Shown: positions 48,177-59,700, counted from the first letter of the stretch. The stretch: 64,000 nt of DNA from an uncultured Gemmatimonadales bacterium (GCA_963828735.1 CAWHFW010000002.1:320001-384000), one strand, 5' to 3'. Notes: generated by a model from the letters alone, not told the origin. Numbers and translations are program-made.

Positions 48177-48394
48177 GGCGGCCCCAGAAGACCTGCGCCA
48201 TCTGCGAGAGCGGCGTGCGGGTCGTGGACTTCAAGGATGAGCGCACCCTGTCGCGGTTCCTGACCGAGCGCGGCAAGATTCTGCCGAGCCGGCTCTCGGG
48301 TACGTGCGCCAGGCACCAGCGCCAGCTCAGCACGGCGATCAAGCGCGCGCGTCAGCTGGCGCTTCTGCCGTACATCAAGGGTTTCACCGGCTGA
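48173..48394 (+). CDS. rpsR: 30S ribosomal protein S18
   Basis: [38 protein letters not shown]. Confidence 0.97.
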   Translation: MRRPQKTCAICESGVRVVDFKDERTLSRFLTERGKILPSRLSGTCARHQRQLSTAIKRARQLALLPYIKGFTG

Positions 48395-49311
48395 GCCCGA
48401 AGCGCCCGCCGGGCTGGGGAGCGTTGCTGGCCCTGGCCGGCTACCTGCTCCTCGCTCCGCCGGTCTTCGTGTTCGGCCCGCTCGCCGGGCTGCTGCTCCT
48501 CTCGCGCCCGGGCACGGTGCGCGAGTGGCTGTGGCTCCTCGCGGGCGGTGCGTGGTCGGCGCTCTGGCTCCAGCAGGTCGGCGGCGTGGGGGCCCAGGTC
48601 ACACGTGCTGCGGCGGTGCTCCTCTGCGGGGCATTCCTCGCGCTCACGTTGTGGCAGCCTTCGAACGCCGTGGGCCGCGCAGTGGCGGCGACGGCAACCG
48701 CCGGCGCGGTACTCGGCCTCTGGATGTGGCGGCTCGGCATCGGGTGGTCGCGGCTGGTGTCAGGGGTGAACCAGGAGCTGTCGACCTACGAGTCCGCGAT
48801 GCGCGATCAGTGGCGGAGGGCCGGGGCACCCCAGGAGTTGATCGACCAGGCGGGGGTGATGGTGCACTCGGTATCTCAGTTCTACCCGGCGCTGCTGGCG
48901 CTCGCCGGGATCGCGGGCCTGCGGCTGGCCTGGTCGTGGTACCACCGGCTGGCCGTGCACCCGCTGGGGTCGCCGCCGGCGCCGTTCCGGACCTTCGCCT
49001 TCAACGATCAGTGGGTGTGGGGGTGGGTCGCCGCGATCGCGCTGGTACTCGTCCCGGTCCCCGAGCCCTTCCGGCTGGCGGGCGCCAACCTGCTCCTGGT
49101 CCTGGGCGTGCTGTACGCCGCGCGAGGCCTGGCGGTGGTCTTCGCCCAGGCAGGCGGCGTGGCAGGGCCCGTCGCCGCGGTCCTCGGGTTCATCGCGGTT
49201 TTCCTGTTGCCGTTCGTCGTCGGCGGGCTCACACTCCTCGGGCTCGCGGACACCTGGCTAGATTTCCGGCGTCGGCTCGCGACGCCGTCCACCGGAGGGT
49301 TCGATCGATGA
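48391..49311 (+). CDS. YybS/DUF2232-like membrane protein
   Basis: Multi-TM protein with C-terminal [13 protein letters not shown], between rpsR and rplI; start CTG 48391 or TTG 48424. Confidence 0.75.
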   Translation: MSPKRPPGWGALLALAGYLLLAPPVFVFGPLAGLLLLSRPGTVREWLWLLAGGAWSALWLQQVGGVGAQVTRAAAVLLCGAFLALTLWQPSNAVGRAVAATATAGAVLGLWMWRLGIGWSRLVSGVNQELSTYESAMRDQWRRAGAPQELIDQAGVMVHSVSQFYPALLALAGIAGLRLAWSWYHRLAVHPLGSPPAPFRTFAFNDQWVWGWVAAIALVLVPVPEPFRLAGANLLLVLGVLYAARGLAVVFAQAGGVAGPVAAVLGFIAVFLLPFVVGGLTLLGLADTWLDFRRRLATPSTGGFDR

Positions 49312-49754
49312 TGGAAGTGATCCTGCGCGAGGACGTAACGACGCTCGGCAAGGCGGGCGAGATGGTGCGTGTCAAGCCCGGCTATGCCCGCAACTATCTG
49401 CTGCCGCAGGGCCTGGCCTTCGAGGCCACTGAGGGGAACAAGAAGCGCATCGCCGCGGAAACCCGCGCCCGTGGCGTCCGGAACCAGGCGGAGCGCGCTG
49501 AGGCGGAGCGCGCGGCCGCGGAGCTGAGCTCGGTCTCGGTGACGCTCACGGGCAAGGCTGGTGAAGAAGGCAAGCTGTTCGGATCGATCACCGCCCAGGA
49601 CATCGCCGCGGCGCTGGCGGCCCAGGGCCACCAGGTCGACCGTCGTCGCATCGAGCTCGAGCATCCCATCAAGACGCTGGGTCAGCATACGGTCGGGGTG
49701 CGGATACATCCCGAGGTCCACGCGGAGGTCCGTGTCTCGGTTGTCGCGGAGTAG
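49308..49754 (+). CDS. rplI: 50S ribosomal protein L9
   Basis: [41 protein letters not shown]. Confidence 0.97.
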   Translation: MMEVILREDVTTLGKAGEMVRVKPGYARNYLLPQGLAFEATEGNKKRIAAETRARGVRNQAERAEAERAAAELSSVSVTLTGKAGEEGKLFGSITAQDIAAALAAQGHQVDRRRIELEHPIKTLGQHTVGVRIHPEVHAEVRVSVVAE

Positions 49755-49764
49755 TCCGACCCCG

Positions 49765-51651
49765 ATGACGGTCGGGATCGCCTATGTCGACGGACCCCGC
49801 CTGGCCCGATCGCTCTTTGCCGCCGCGGACTGGGTGGCGGCCGGCCGGGAGGAGATCAACCGGATCAACGTCTTCCCGGTCCCCGATGGCGACACTGGTA
49901 CCAACTTCAGCCTGACGCTCCGTGCCGTCGCCGACGCCCTCCGGGCGCTCGGCGACGCGCCGCTTCCGGAGACCGCGCGCACGATGGCCCGCGGCGCCGT
50001 GCTCGGCGCCAGGGGCAACTCCGGCATGATGCTCGCCCATTTCCTGCTGGGCTTCGCCGAGTCGCTGGGCGAGCGCGACACCGCGAGCACGCGGGATGTG
50101 GCGGCCGCGGTGCGCCAGGGGGCCGACCGGCTCTACGAATCGCTCGACGACCCCCGCGAGGGCACGATCATCACCGTCGCGCGCGAGGCGGCGGCCGCCG
50201 CGGAGCACGTGGCCGCCGAGACCGACGACGTAGGCCATTTCATGCGCCGGCTCCTCGCAGAGGGTGAGGTGGCCTTGGCGCGGACCCCGGAGCTCATGGC
50301 CGTCCTCAAGGAAGCAGGGGTCGTGGACGCTGGGGGCAAGGGGTTCGTCCGCATGCTCGAGGGCGTGGTCCGCTGCATCGAGGGCGATCCGATCCTCCCA
50401 GTGGCCCCGGCCAACGGCGCGGACACCACAGAGGTGGTGGCTCCGGCGGCAGCGGTCGAGATCGCGGCCGAGCGGGACTTCCAGTTCTGCACCGAGCTGC
50501 TCGTCCGCGGCGAGCACCTCCCGCCCGCCAATGAAGTGCGGGCGGCGATGCACGCGTTCGGCGGGTCCGTCGTCGCGGCGGTGATGGCGGACATCCTCAA
50601 GATCCATGTGCACACGGATACCCCGGAGGCCGTCTTTACCTATGCGGCGCGCTGGGGACGCGTGGAAAGCACCAAGGCCGACGATATGCGGGCGCAGCAC
50701 CGGCGGCTGGCCCATCTCGACCGACGGCCGGTCGCCGTGGTCACCGACAGCTCCGCAGACCTTGCGGACAGCGTGCTCGATCGGCATCGCATCGCGGTCG
50801 TCCCGCTGCAGGTCGTCTTCGGCGACGAGACGTTCCGCGATCGGATCGACCTCAAGCCCGAGGAGTTCTACCGGCGGCTGGCCGCCGCGCGGGACCTCCC
50901 TTCCACCTCGCAGCCCACGCCTGCCGACTTCGTGCGAGTCCTGCGCGATGCCCGGGCCGAGGCGGACGAGGTGGTGGGTGTCCTGCTCTCGGGAAGTCTC
51001 TCGGGTACCTTCGCCTCGGCGCAGGTGGCGGTGCGGGCCGGGGGCATTTCCAATGTCCGCCTGGTGGACAGCCGGTCGGCCTCCTTGGGCGTCGGGATGC
51101 TGGCCTTGCGGGGAGCCGAGCTGGCGGAGGCCGGCTGGCCGGCCGAAAGGATTTCCCGGGAGCTCGAGCGGGTCCGAGGGCAGTCGGGGATGCTGCTGAC
51201 GGTCGACCGCTACGACAACCTGCTCCGGTCGGGTCGGGTTTCGCGCGGGAAAGCCTGGATCGCGGAGATGCTGGACGTCAAGCCGATCCTGTCCCTGGAC
51301 CAGGCCGGGCGTGTCCTTCCAGTGGACAGGGTCCGCGGCCGCGAACAGCTGATCCCCCGAGTGCTGGCGCTGCTCGAGAAGCGATTGACGCCCCGACCCA
51401 CCACCGTCCGGTTCGGCGTGGTGCATACCGGCGCTCCGGACGTGGCGGAGCGGGTGCGGACGGCGTTGATCGCGGTGTACCACCCCCGCGACTGCTTCCT
51501 GACGCTCGCGACGGGCGTGCTCGGCACTCACGTGGGCACCGGAGCCTGGGCCATCTTCTATCAGGTCGAGGACGGCACCCCCGCCCGGCTCGACGCCGCT
51601 AAGGCGGGGACAGAAGGATCGACGCACATGCGGGCTGGAACCGGCCGGTGA
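49765..51651 (+). CDS. DAK2-DegV fusion (fatty acid kinase FakA + FakB)
   Basis: INVFPVPDGDTGTN, GARGNSG, GVVDAGGKG, KIHVH, then VVTDSSAD, STSQP, LSGT, DS.SAS, GRV, KPIL, HVG. Confidence 0.9.
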   Translation: MTVGIAYVDGPRLARSLFAAADWVAAGREEINRINVFPVPDGDTGTNFSLTLRAVADALRALGDAPLPETARTMARGAVLGARGNSGMMLAHFLLGFAESLGERDTASTRDVAAAVRQGADRLYESLDDPREGTIITVAREAAAAAEHVAAETDDVGHFMRRLLAEGEVALARTPELMAVLKEAGVVDAGGKGFVRMLEGVVRCIEGDPILPVAPANGADTTEVVAPAAAVEIAAERDFQFCTELLVRGEHLPPANEVRAAMHAFGGSVVAAVMADILKIHVHTDTPEAVFTYAARWGRVESTKADDMRAQHRRLAHLDRRPVAVVTDSSADLADSVLDRHRIAVVPLQVVFGDETFRDRIDLKPEEFYRRLAAARDLPSTSQPTPADFVRVLRDARAEADEVVGVLLSGSLSGTFASAQVAVRAGGISNVRLVDSRSASLGVGMLALRGAELAEAGWPAERISRELERVRGQSGMLLTVDRYDNLLRSGRVSRGKAWIAEMLDVKPILSLDQAGRVLPVDRVRGREQLIPRVLALLEKRLTPRPTTVRFGVVHTGAPDVAERVRTALIAVYHPRDCFLTLATGVLGTHVGTGAWAIFYQVEDGTPARLDAAKAGTEGSTHMRAGTGR

Positions 51652-52001
51652 CGCCCCGAATCCCGGAGGCGCTGCGCCTCGCGCTGGACGCGATCGCGGA
51701 CCTGAAGGGCAGCCATCTGGTGGTACTCGACTTGCGGGGCCTGACGGACGCCACCGATTTCTTCGTCATAGCATCCGGGACGTCGGATGCCCATGTTCGG
51801 GGCATCGCCGAGTCGGTCATGGAGAAGCTCGACCGCAAGGGGCACCACACCCACCACGTCGAAGGCCTGAACGGGGGCCGATGGGTGCTCCTGGATTTCG
51901 TGGATTTCGTGGTCCACTTGTTTCACCCGGAGACCCGCTCCTTCTACCAACTGGAGCGGCTCTGGGACGACGCACCGGAGCTCCTGATCAGCTCCACCTA
52001 G
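51648..52001 (+). CDS. rsfS: Ribosome silencing factor
   Basis: DFFVIASG.S..HV, WVLLDF.D.VVHLF...R.FYQLERLW. Confidence 0.95.
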   Translation: MTPRIPEALRLALDAIADLKGSHLVVLDLRGLTDATDFFVIASGTSDAHVRGIAESVMEKLDRKGHHTHHVEGLNGGRWVLLDFVDFVVHLFHPETRSFYQLERLWDDAPELLISST

Positions 52002-52013
52002 GCCGAGGTCTTC

Positions 52014-55000
52014 ATGCTTCGACGCACCGTCCCGGTACTCCTCGCCGCGCTCGTGAGCGTACCAGGCGTCCTCTCCGCGCAGTACTTCGGCCGGAACAAG
52101 GTCCAGTACACCGACTTCGATTTCAAGGTCATCCAGACCGAGCATTTCGACGTCTACTACTACGACCGCGAGCGGACCGCCGCGCTGGACGCCGCACGGA
52201 TCGCGGAGCGCTCCTACGGTCGCCTCTCCAAGGTGCTGAACCACGAGTTCCGCGAGCGGAAGCCGATCATCCTCTACGCCTCGCACTCCGATTTCCTTCA
52301 GACCAACGCGACCGAGGTGAGCGGCGAGGGAACGGGCGGCGTGACCGACTTCGCGCGCAACCGGGCCGTCATGCCGTTCACCGGGGCGTACAGCGATTTC
52401 GAGCACGTCCTCACCCATGAAATGGCGCACCAGTTCCAGTACGACATCTGGTCACGCGGCCGCGCCGGCGCGGGGCTCGGCACCCTGATCGCCATCGCGC
52501 CGCCGCTGTGGTTCGCCGAGGGCATGGCGGAATATCTCTCGCTCGGCCCGATCAACGCCGAGACGGCCATGTGGCTGCGCGACGCGTCGCTCGAGGGCAA
52601 GCTGCCATCCATCGACCAGATGACGGCCGACCCGTACGAATACTTCCCCTATCGATTCGGCCACGCGTTGTGGTCGTACATCGGCGAGCGGTGGGGCGAC
52701 GAAGCCGTGGGCGCGATCCTCAAGGCGACGCTCGCGGGCGGGATCGAGCCGGCCTTCCGGCGGACTATCGGCCTGAGTCTCCAACAGCTCTCCGACCAGT
52801 GGCGCGACGCCGTGCAGAAGCGCTACCTGCCCGAGATCGGCGCGCGCGCCCGGGCCCGGGCGGTGGCGAACGAGCTTCTCAACAAGGCACGGTCGGACGG
52901 CACGCTCCACCTCGCGCCGGCCTTGTCCCCAGACGGATCGCAGGTGGCCTACTTCAGCGAGAAGAATTTCTACTTCGTCGACCTGTACCTCGCCAACGGG
53001 CAGACTGGCAAGGTGAAGCGCCGGCTCCTCAAGTCCGGGGTGAGCAGCGCCTACGAGACCTATCGGTTCATCAACTCCCAGGCGAACTGGTCGGCGGATG
53101 GGAAATATCTCGCGCTCGCCGCGAAGCGCGGTCCGCGGGACGAGATCCTCATCGTGGATGTGGCTCGCAACAAACAGGTGGGCCGCATCAAGCTCAAGCT
53201 GAGCGGCGTGACCACACCGTCCTGGAGCCCGGACGGCTCGCAGCTGGTGTTCACCGGGTACGACGGCGGGATCAGCGACCTGTACACGATCAATCGAGAC
53301 GGCACGAACCTGCAGCGCCTCACCTCGGACAAGTACGGCGACCTCCACCCGGTCTGGTCGCCCGACGGGACGACCATCGCGTTCGCAACGGACCGTGGGC
53401 CGCAGACCGATTTCAAGTCCCTCAAGTTCAGCAACTTCCGGATCGCGCTGTACGACGTGGCGACCGGCACCGTCAAGGTGCTGGACCACATGGACCAGGG
53501 CAAGAATGTGAGCCCGCAGTGGGCGCCCGACGGACGGTCCATCGCCTTCGTGTCCGACCGCAGCGGCGTGAGCGACATCTACCTGTACGACCTGAACGAC
53601 TCGCAGGTGTACCAGCTGACGGACTTCTATACCGGGGTCCAGGGCATCACGCCGCTCTCGCCCGTACTGTCGTGGGCCCGCAACGCGGACCGGCTGGCGT
53701 TCGTGTACTACGAGGACCAGAAGTACAACGTGTACACCATCAACAACCCGCGCGGACTCAAGCGCGCGCCCTACCAGCAGCCGGCGGTCGACAGCGTCTC
53801 GATCCTTGCCCGTGTGGCCACGCCCGCCATCGACACCACCCCCACCCTCGAGGTGCGCGACGAGGTGAAGTCACAGGTCGGCGAGGGCGGCTCGATCTAC
53901 CGGACCCAGCAGGGATTCCGGTCGTCCGGGGACCTCGCGCGCTCGAGCGATTCGGCACACGCCCAGCTATCCCAGCCGGTGTCCATCAGCGCCCTCATGG
54001 ATTCGGCGAGCCTGAGCCTGCCGGACACCAGCGAGTTCACCTTGAAGGATTACCGGGTGCACTTTACGCCGGACTACTTCGCCCGCCCCAACATCGGCTA
54101 TGCGCGCGACAATTTCGGCCGGGGCTTCTACGGCGGGTCGGCGATCTCGCTCAGCGACATTCTCGGGAACCATCAACTGGTATTTGCAGGCTACGTGAAC
54201 GGCCGCATCGCCGAGGCGCAGATCCTGGCCGCGTACGCGAATCTCAGCAAGCGCGTGAACTGGGCGGTCGGATTGAACCAGGATCCGTATTACTTCCTGG
54301 AGCCCAGCCAGATCGGCTTCGATCCCGGGACCGGGAATAACATCTTCGTGACGAACATCCGGCGGCTCATCGTGCGATCCGTGTTCGCGCAAGCCTATTA
54401 CCCGATCAGCCGGTTCCAGCGGCTCGAAGGGTCCGTGCGGTTCGCCAACGTGGACGACGCCCTGCTCCGGGTCAACGAGCCGTACGATCCCAACACCGGA
54501 TTCGCGACCGAGGATCCGTTCCTGGAAACCATCAATAACCCATCGGTCAATTACATCCTGCCGAATGCCGCCTGGGTCTTCGACAACTCGCTCCAGGGCT
54601 ACATCGGGCCGTTCTACGGCCGCCGCTCGCGGGTCGAGATCGGGCAGTCGGTGGGGACCTGGCGGTTCACCCAGGTTTCGGCGGACTTCCGTCGGTACGA
54701 CAAGGTCGTCGGGCCCGTCGTGCTCGCCTCGCGTATTCTGTACATCGGCCGGATCGGCCGGAACGCGGACCAGTTCCGGACGTTCCTGGGTAACACGGAG
54801 CTGCTCCGCGGCAACACGTCGGGGTCCTACCGGCGGAACGAGTGCATCAATTCGACCGATCCCAACACCGATACTGGGTGCGCGGACCTCGACCGGCTGG
54901 TCGGGACGCAGCTCGCCGTCACCAACGTGGAGCTGCGCTTCCCGATTCTCAGTCCTTCGTTCGGAATCCCCAGGATGGTCCCACCGATCGACGGCGCCCT

Positions 55001-55223
55001 GTTCTTCGACGTCGGCATGGCTTGGGACCAGTCGAGTACGCTCAAGTGGAAGCGCGAGGCCGGCGACGATCCGGTGAACGTCCGGACGCCGTTGCGGACG
55101 ATAGGCGTCTCCGTGCGGACCAACCTGTTCGGCTTCGCCGGGGTCAAGCTCGACTACGCCATCCCCCACGGCCGTCCGGGGGTGAGAGGGCTTTGGACGT
55201 TGACGCTCGGACCCCCGTTCTAG
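52014..55223 (+). CDS. Omp85/BamA-superfamily protein with N-terminal HExxH peptidase-like domain and PD40 beta-propeller
   Basis: QYFGRNKVQY, THEMAH...WFAEGMAEY, repeated P.WSPDG, LRG loop, ELRFP, FFDVG, C-terminal Phe. Confidence 0.85.
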   Translation: MLRRTVPVLLAALVSVPGVLSAQYFGRNKVQYTDFDFKVIQTEHFDVYYYDRERTAALDAARIAERSYGRLSKVLNHEFRERKPIILYASHSDFLQTNATEVSGEGTGGVTDFARNRAVMPFTGAYSDFEHVLTHEMAHQFQYDIWSRGRAGAGLGTLIAIAPPLWFAEGMAEYLSLGPINAETAMWLRDASLEGKLPSIDQMTADPYEYFPYRFGHALWSYIGERWGDEAVGAILKATLAGGIEPAFRRTIGLSLQQLSDQWRDAVQKRYLPEIGARARARAVANELLNKARSDGTLHLAPALSPDGSQVAYFSEKNFYFVDLYLANGQTGKVKRRLLKSGVSSAYETYRFINSQANWSADGKYLALAAKRGPRDEILIVDVARNKQVGRIKLKLSGVTTPSWSPDGSQLVFTGYDGGISDLYTINRDGTNLQRLTSDKYGDLHPVWSPDGTTIAFATDRGPQTDFKSLKFSNFRIALYDVATGTVKVLDHMDQGKNVSPQWAPDGRSIAFVSDRSGVSDIYLYDLNDSQVYQLTDFYTGVQGITPLSPVLSWARNADRLAFVYYEDQKYNVYTINNPRGLKRAPYQQPAVDSVSILARVATPAIDTTPTLEVRDEVKSQVGEGGSIYRTQQGFRSSGDLARSSDSAHAQLSQPVSISALMDSASLSLPDTSEFTLKDYRVHFTPDYFARPNIGYARDNFGRGFYGGSAISLSDILGNHQLVFAGYVNGRIAEAQILAAYANLSKRVNWAVGLNQDPYYFLEPSQIGFDPGTGNNIFVTNIRRLIVRSVFAQAYYPISRFQRLEGSVRFANVDDALLRVNEPYDPNTGFATEDPFLETINNPSVNYILPNAAWVFDNSLQGYIGPFYGRRSRVEIGQSVGTWRFTQVSADFRRYDKVVGPVVLASRILYIGRIGRNADQFRTFLGNTELLRGNTSGSYRRNECINSTDPNTDTGCADLDRLVGTQLAVTNVELRFPILSPSFGIPRMVPPIDGALFFDVGMAWDQSSTLKWKREAGDDPVNVRTPLRTIGVSVRTNLFGFAGVKLDYAIPHGRPGVRGLWTLTLGPPF

Positions 55224-55314
55224 GAGCCGCACGACGACGGAGCGGACGGGGGGCTGGCTTGCCGGCCGCCTCCGTCCTCTGCGCCTTTCTCGCCACCCCC
55301 GTTATCTTTCTCGC

Positions 55315-56706
55315 GTGACATCCTTCCGATACGTCCTCGGCGCGGCCGCGCTGCTGGCCGCCTGCGGAGGCGAGCCCGAGCACCTGCTGTTGGACAAGCT
55401 CCCCGCGTCGACGCGGGCACCCGCGCCGTCGTCGCTCCTCCGGTTTCCCGAGGAGGGCGGTGTCGCGAGCCTGTACCGCGTGCCCTCGCTCGATCCGTCA
55501 TCCTGGAGGGCCGAGGACCAGCTGCCGCCGGTGCAGCGTATCGTGGGCGCCGACGCCGAGCAGGGCCTGGTCTTCTCCCTCGATCGCAAGCACAATCTGA
55601 TCACGCTCGACCTTGAGACCCGGCGCGTTCGCACCTATCTCGAGGGCGTCCGCTCGGCCACGATGGGTCCGGACGGCGCCCTGTATGCCGTCGACACCGG
55701 CAGTACGGTGACTCAGATGGTCCGGCGGGCGCCGGTCCGGTTTCGCTCGAAGCTGCAAGGCAGCCCCCAGGAGCTCTACGCCACAATGACCGGGGCCCTG
55801 CTTGCCCGCGTGGGCGAGAAGGCGCCCGTGCTCGAGGTGCTCGGGTCGGACCAGCCGCCGGTGTCCACGACGCTCCCGTCCGAGGCCTTCGCGCCCACCT
55901 TCTACGGCGACCTGATCGCGGTGGCGACCGATACCGCGGTCATCATGTACCAGACTCAGGGCAAGAACGCCCCCAAGTCCATCCGGCTGCCGGGCCACCC
56001 GGTGGCGGTACTCTTCTCGCCGTCCGGGCATCGGCTGTATGTCGCACAGACGGACGACGAATTGGTCGTGCTCGACCGGTACAGCGGCGATCGACTCGCG
56101 GCGATCCATCTCCCCGGCCCGGCGAAGGGGCTTCGGAATGACCGCTTCGGGCAGTGGCTCCTGGTGCGGCCCGCCTCCGGCGACTCGGTCTGGGTGATCG
56201 ACGTCGGCCGCTGGCGGTTCGCAGGCGCGGTGGCCACCAAGTGGGCGACCGACCTTCCGGCCGTCGCGTCGCCCAACACCCTGGTGATCCGTCGCGGGCG
56301 CGATGTCGTCGGCATCGATCTGGGCTCGGCGGATTTGCCCGAAACCGGTCACATCGAGGGAGGCGCCGCGGACGAATGGATGCCGGTCCCGTGGCGGCCT
56401 GCTCGTGATGCGGAGGCCGCGGTCACCACGGACTCGACGGCCCTCGCCGGCGCCGACAGCGGCAAGGCCGCGGCGTCGGTGTACCTCCAGGTGAGCAGCT
56501 CGCAGAACCCGGCCTGGGCCAGCGAGCTCGCCGACAAGCTCCGGGCCGCGGGCCTGCCCGCGTCCGTGCTCGCGCCCACTCGAAGCGACGAGGCCCACCG
56601 CGTCGTGCTCGGCCCGTACGCCACGCGCGAGCAAGCGGAGTCGACTGGCCGAAAGATCGGGATGCCGTCCTTCATCGTGTCTGGCCAGGACGCGTCGGAT
56701 CGCTGA
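55315..56706 (+). CDS. SPOR-domain lipoprotein with probable beta-propeller
   Basis: Lipobox LAAC; C-terminal YLQV.S......A..LA.KL...HRVVLGPY.TR.QA. Confidence 0.8.
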   Translation: MTSFRYVLGAAALLAACGGEPEHLLLDKLPASTRAPAPSSLLRFPEEGGVASLYRVPSLDPSSWRAEDQLPPVQRIVGADAEQGLVFSLDRKHNLITLDLETRRVRTYLEGVRSATMGPDGALYAVDTGSTVTQMVRRAPVRFRSKLQGSPQELYATMTGALLARVGEKAPVLEVLGSDQPPVSTTLPSEAFAPTFYGDLIAVATDTAVIMYQTQGKNAPKSIRLPGHPVAVLFSPSGHRLYVAQTDDELVVLDRYSGDRLAAIHLPGPAKGLRNDRFGQWLLVRPASGDSVWVIDVGRWRFAGAVATKWATDLPAVASPNTLVIRRGRDVVGIDLGSADLPETGHIEGGAADEWMPVPWRPARDAEAAVTTDSTALAGADSGKAAASVYLQVSSSQNPAWASELADKLRAAGLPASVLAPTRSDEAHRVVLGPYATREQAESTGRKIGMPSFIVSGQDASDR

Positions 56707-56757
56707 TCGTCCCGCGCCGCCAGCGGCGCATCCATCACTCCATCGTAGGACACCCGC

Positions 56758-59700
56758 ATGAAGCTCACCCGGCTGGAGCTCTCCGGCTTCAAGTCGTTCG
56801 CGGATACGGTCACCCTGACCTTCGAGCAGGGGGTAACCGCCATCGTCGGCCCGAACGGATGCGGGAAGTCCAACGTCTCCGACGCCGTGCGCTGGGTCCT
56901 GGGCGAGCAGTCGGCTCGGCTGCTCCGGGGCGGCAAGATGGAAGACGTGATTTTCCAGGGGTCCACGGCGCGCCGACCCGTCAACGTCACGGAGGTGTCC
57001 CTCTACCTCGACAACACCGACGGCGATCTCCCGATCGCCTATCGGGAAGTGGTGGTCACCCGCCGCCTCTCGCGCTCCGGGCAAAGCGACTACCTCCTCA
57101 ACGGCTCTCCGGTCCGGTTGCGCGACATTCAGGACCTGCTGCGCGGCACCGGTCTCGGTAGCGACGCGGGCGTCGTCATCGAGGCCAAGATGATCGATCT
57201 CCTCCTGTCCGACCGCGCCGACGAGCGCCGGTCCCTGTTCGAGGAGGCCGCCGGTATCGGGCTCTATCGCGACCGGAAGCACAGCACCGAGCGGCGCCTG
57301 GAGGAAACGGCGACCGACCTGCAGCGCGTCGAGGACCTCATCGCCGAGGTGCAGTCGCAGATCCGGAGCCTGGCGCGGCAGCGCGGCAAGGCCGAACGGC
57401 ATACCAAGCTCACGGAGGAAAAATTCGCCGTGCAGGTGACGCTGGCGCGCCGGCTGCTCGAGCGCCTCAGCCAGGAAGCGGCGGGCATGGAGTCGAGGTT
57501 CGGTGAGCTGAGCCGATTACTGCCCACGGCGCGCCAGCGCCTGAGCGAGAGCGAGCAGCGCCGGGAGGACGCAGGCAGGACGCGCACGACCGCCGAAACC
57601 CAGCGGACGGACGTCGAGCGCCGCCTGGGTGCCGTCCGGGTGGAGCTCGGCAAGCTCGACGGCGACCTCGCACTAGCGGCGGAGCGGTTGGCAAACGCCT
57701 CCACGCGGCGGCAGCGGGCGCAGGAGGAGCGCACGCAGATGGAGGTGCGGGCGCAGCTCGCCGTCGGGGACCGGGACTCGGCCGCCGCCGACCGCGACGC
57801 CGCGGCGGTCGAGCACGACCGCATTCGCGGCGAGCTCGCCGGTCGTGCCCAGGCCGAAGAGGATGTCCGGCGGCGCCTCGGCGAGGAGCGGGCGCAGGTG
57901 CGGCTCTGGGAGCAGGAGCTCCAGGCCCTGGCCCAGACGCTGCGTTCACTCGAGGGCGAGCGTGCGGCGCTGGAAGGCGAGCTGGCCTCCCTCCGGGAGC
58001 GAGCCGCCGGCGCGTCCGCCCATCGGACCGGACTCCAGACCGAGCTGGGTGACGCCGAGCGGCGACGCGATCACGCAGTCGAGCGCGCGGGCTTTCTGAG
58101 CCACGAAGCCAAGCGTGTCTCGGCCGATGCCGAACGCGCGCGGCACCTCGTCGCCGAGGCTCGCGAACAGGAAGCGATGCATCGCTCCGACCGCCGGCGG
58201 TCCGAGGAAGCACTGGCCCAGATGACCGCGCGGCGCCACGCCCTCGAGGGGCTGGAGCGTGATCGCGTCGGCCTGGCGCCCGCGGCGGCGGCCCTCCTGG
58301 CCGCCCGCGAGCGGTTCGACGGCGGCGTGCTGGGCCCGCTGAGCGATTTCGTCAGCACCGGCCGTGAGGACGCCGAGCTGGCCGAACGGCTGCTCGGCCA
58401 CTGGATGCACGCCGTGCTCGTGCGCGATCGCGAGACGGTTCAAGCGATCCAGGCCTGGCACGACGAGCAGCAGCCCGGCGCGCTGGTCCTACTGCCGCTC
58501 GAGCCGGGGCCCGCTTCAATCGCGGACGGTCAACCGCTCGACGAGCGCCTCCGCGCCGAGGGGCCGGCCGTGGGGTGGCTCCGGGTCGCGCTCTCCGGAT
58601 CGGAGGTGCTGGACCCGGCGGGTCGGATGCTCCGCCGGGCGAGCGGCGCGATCCTGCTGTCCGGCGCGGCGGCGCCCTCGGGTCCGCTCCGGCGCCGTGC
58701 CGAGCTCGCGACGCTTGCCCATGACGTGGGGCGAGGTGAAGTCGCGGTGGCGGACGCGGAAAGCGCCCTCCAGGCGACGACGAGCCGCCTGGCCGAGCGC
58801 GAACAGAACCTCGGGCTCGCGACCGCGGCGGCGGAGCAGGCCCGCGAGGCCGAGCGGCAGAGCGCCGCGGCACGTGAGGACGCGATTCGTGTGGCGAGCA
58901 ACCTGTCGCGCGAAATGGTGGAGTCCGAGGCGCAGCTCTCCCGGGTGACGGAGCGACTCACGCGCGCGGAACAGCGGCTGGCGGAGATCGACGAGGCCCT
59001 GACCGACGGCGACCTGACGCGCGGCCGGCTCGAGGAATCCCTGGGTGGCGGGCGGGGGCGGCTGGCCGAGCTGGAGGCCGAGCAAGAGGCGGCCCGAGAG
59101 CAACGCGTCCATTGGCAGGTCCAGGAAGCGCACGTTGCTGGCGGGCTCCGCTCGGCAGAGGAGCGATTGCACCGCGCGGCCACCATGAGGGACGAGGCCG
59201 AACGCGCCGTGGCGGCGCTCAGTGGCGAGCTGACCCAGCTCGAGTCGGACACGTCCGCGTTGGCCGCACAACAGGCGGAATGGCGCGAGAGCCGCGCCGA
59301 GCGCCAGGCGGCGCTCCAGGAACTCGAAGCCGCGAGCAACGAGGCCGATCGAGCGCTCGCCGACGCCGAAGAGAGCCTCCTGCTGGCCGAACGACAGGTG
59401 AACGCGGCTCGCCACACGCTCGATGCGGCCAGCGAGGAGAGTCACACGCTCCAGGTCCGGCTCACTGAGACGGCGGGTACGCGGCGCAGCATCATCGAGC
59501 GGGTCGAGGCGGAGTGGCGGCGCTCCTACGATCAGCTGGTCGAACAGGCTCCCCTGCTCGACCTCGATCTGGAGACACTGGAAGCGGAGGCGGCGCGGAT
59601 CATCGGCGCGCTGGAGGTGATCGGTCCGGTGAATCCGCTCGCGGTCGAGGAACACGCGGAGGAGGTCAAGCGGCTGGAATTCCTGACGACCCAGCGCGAC

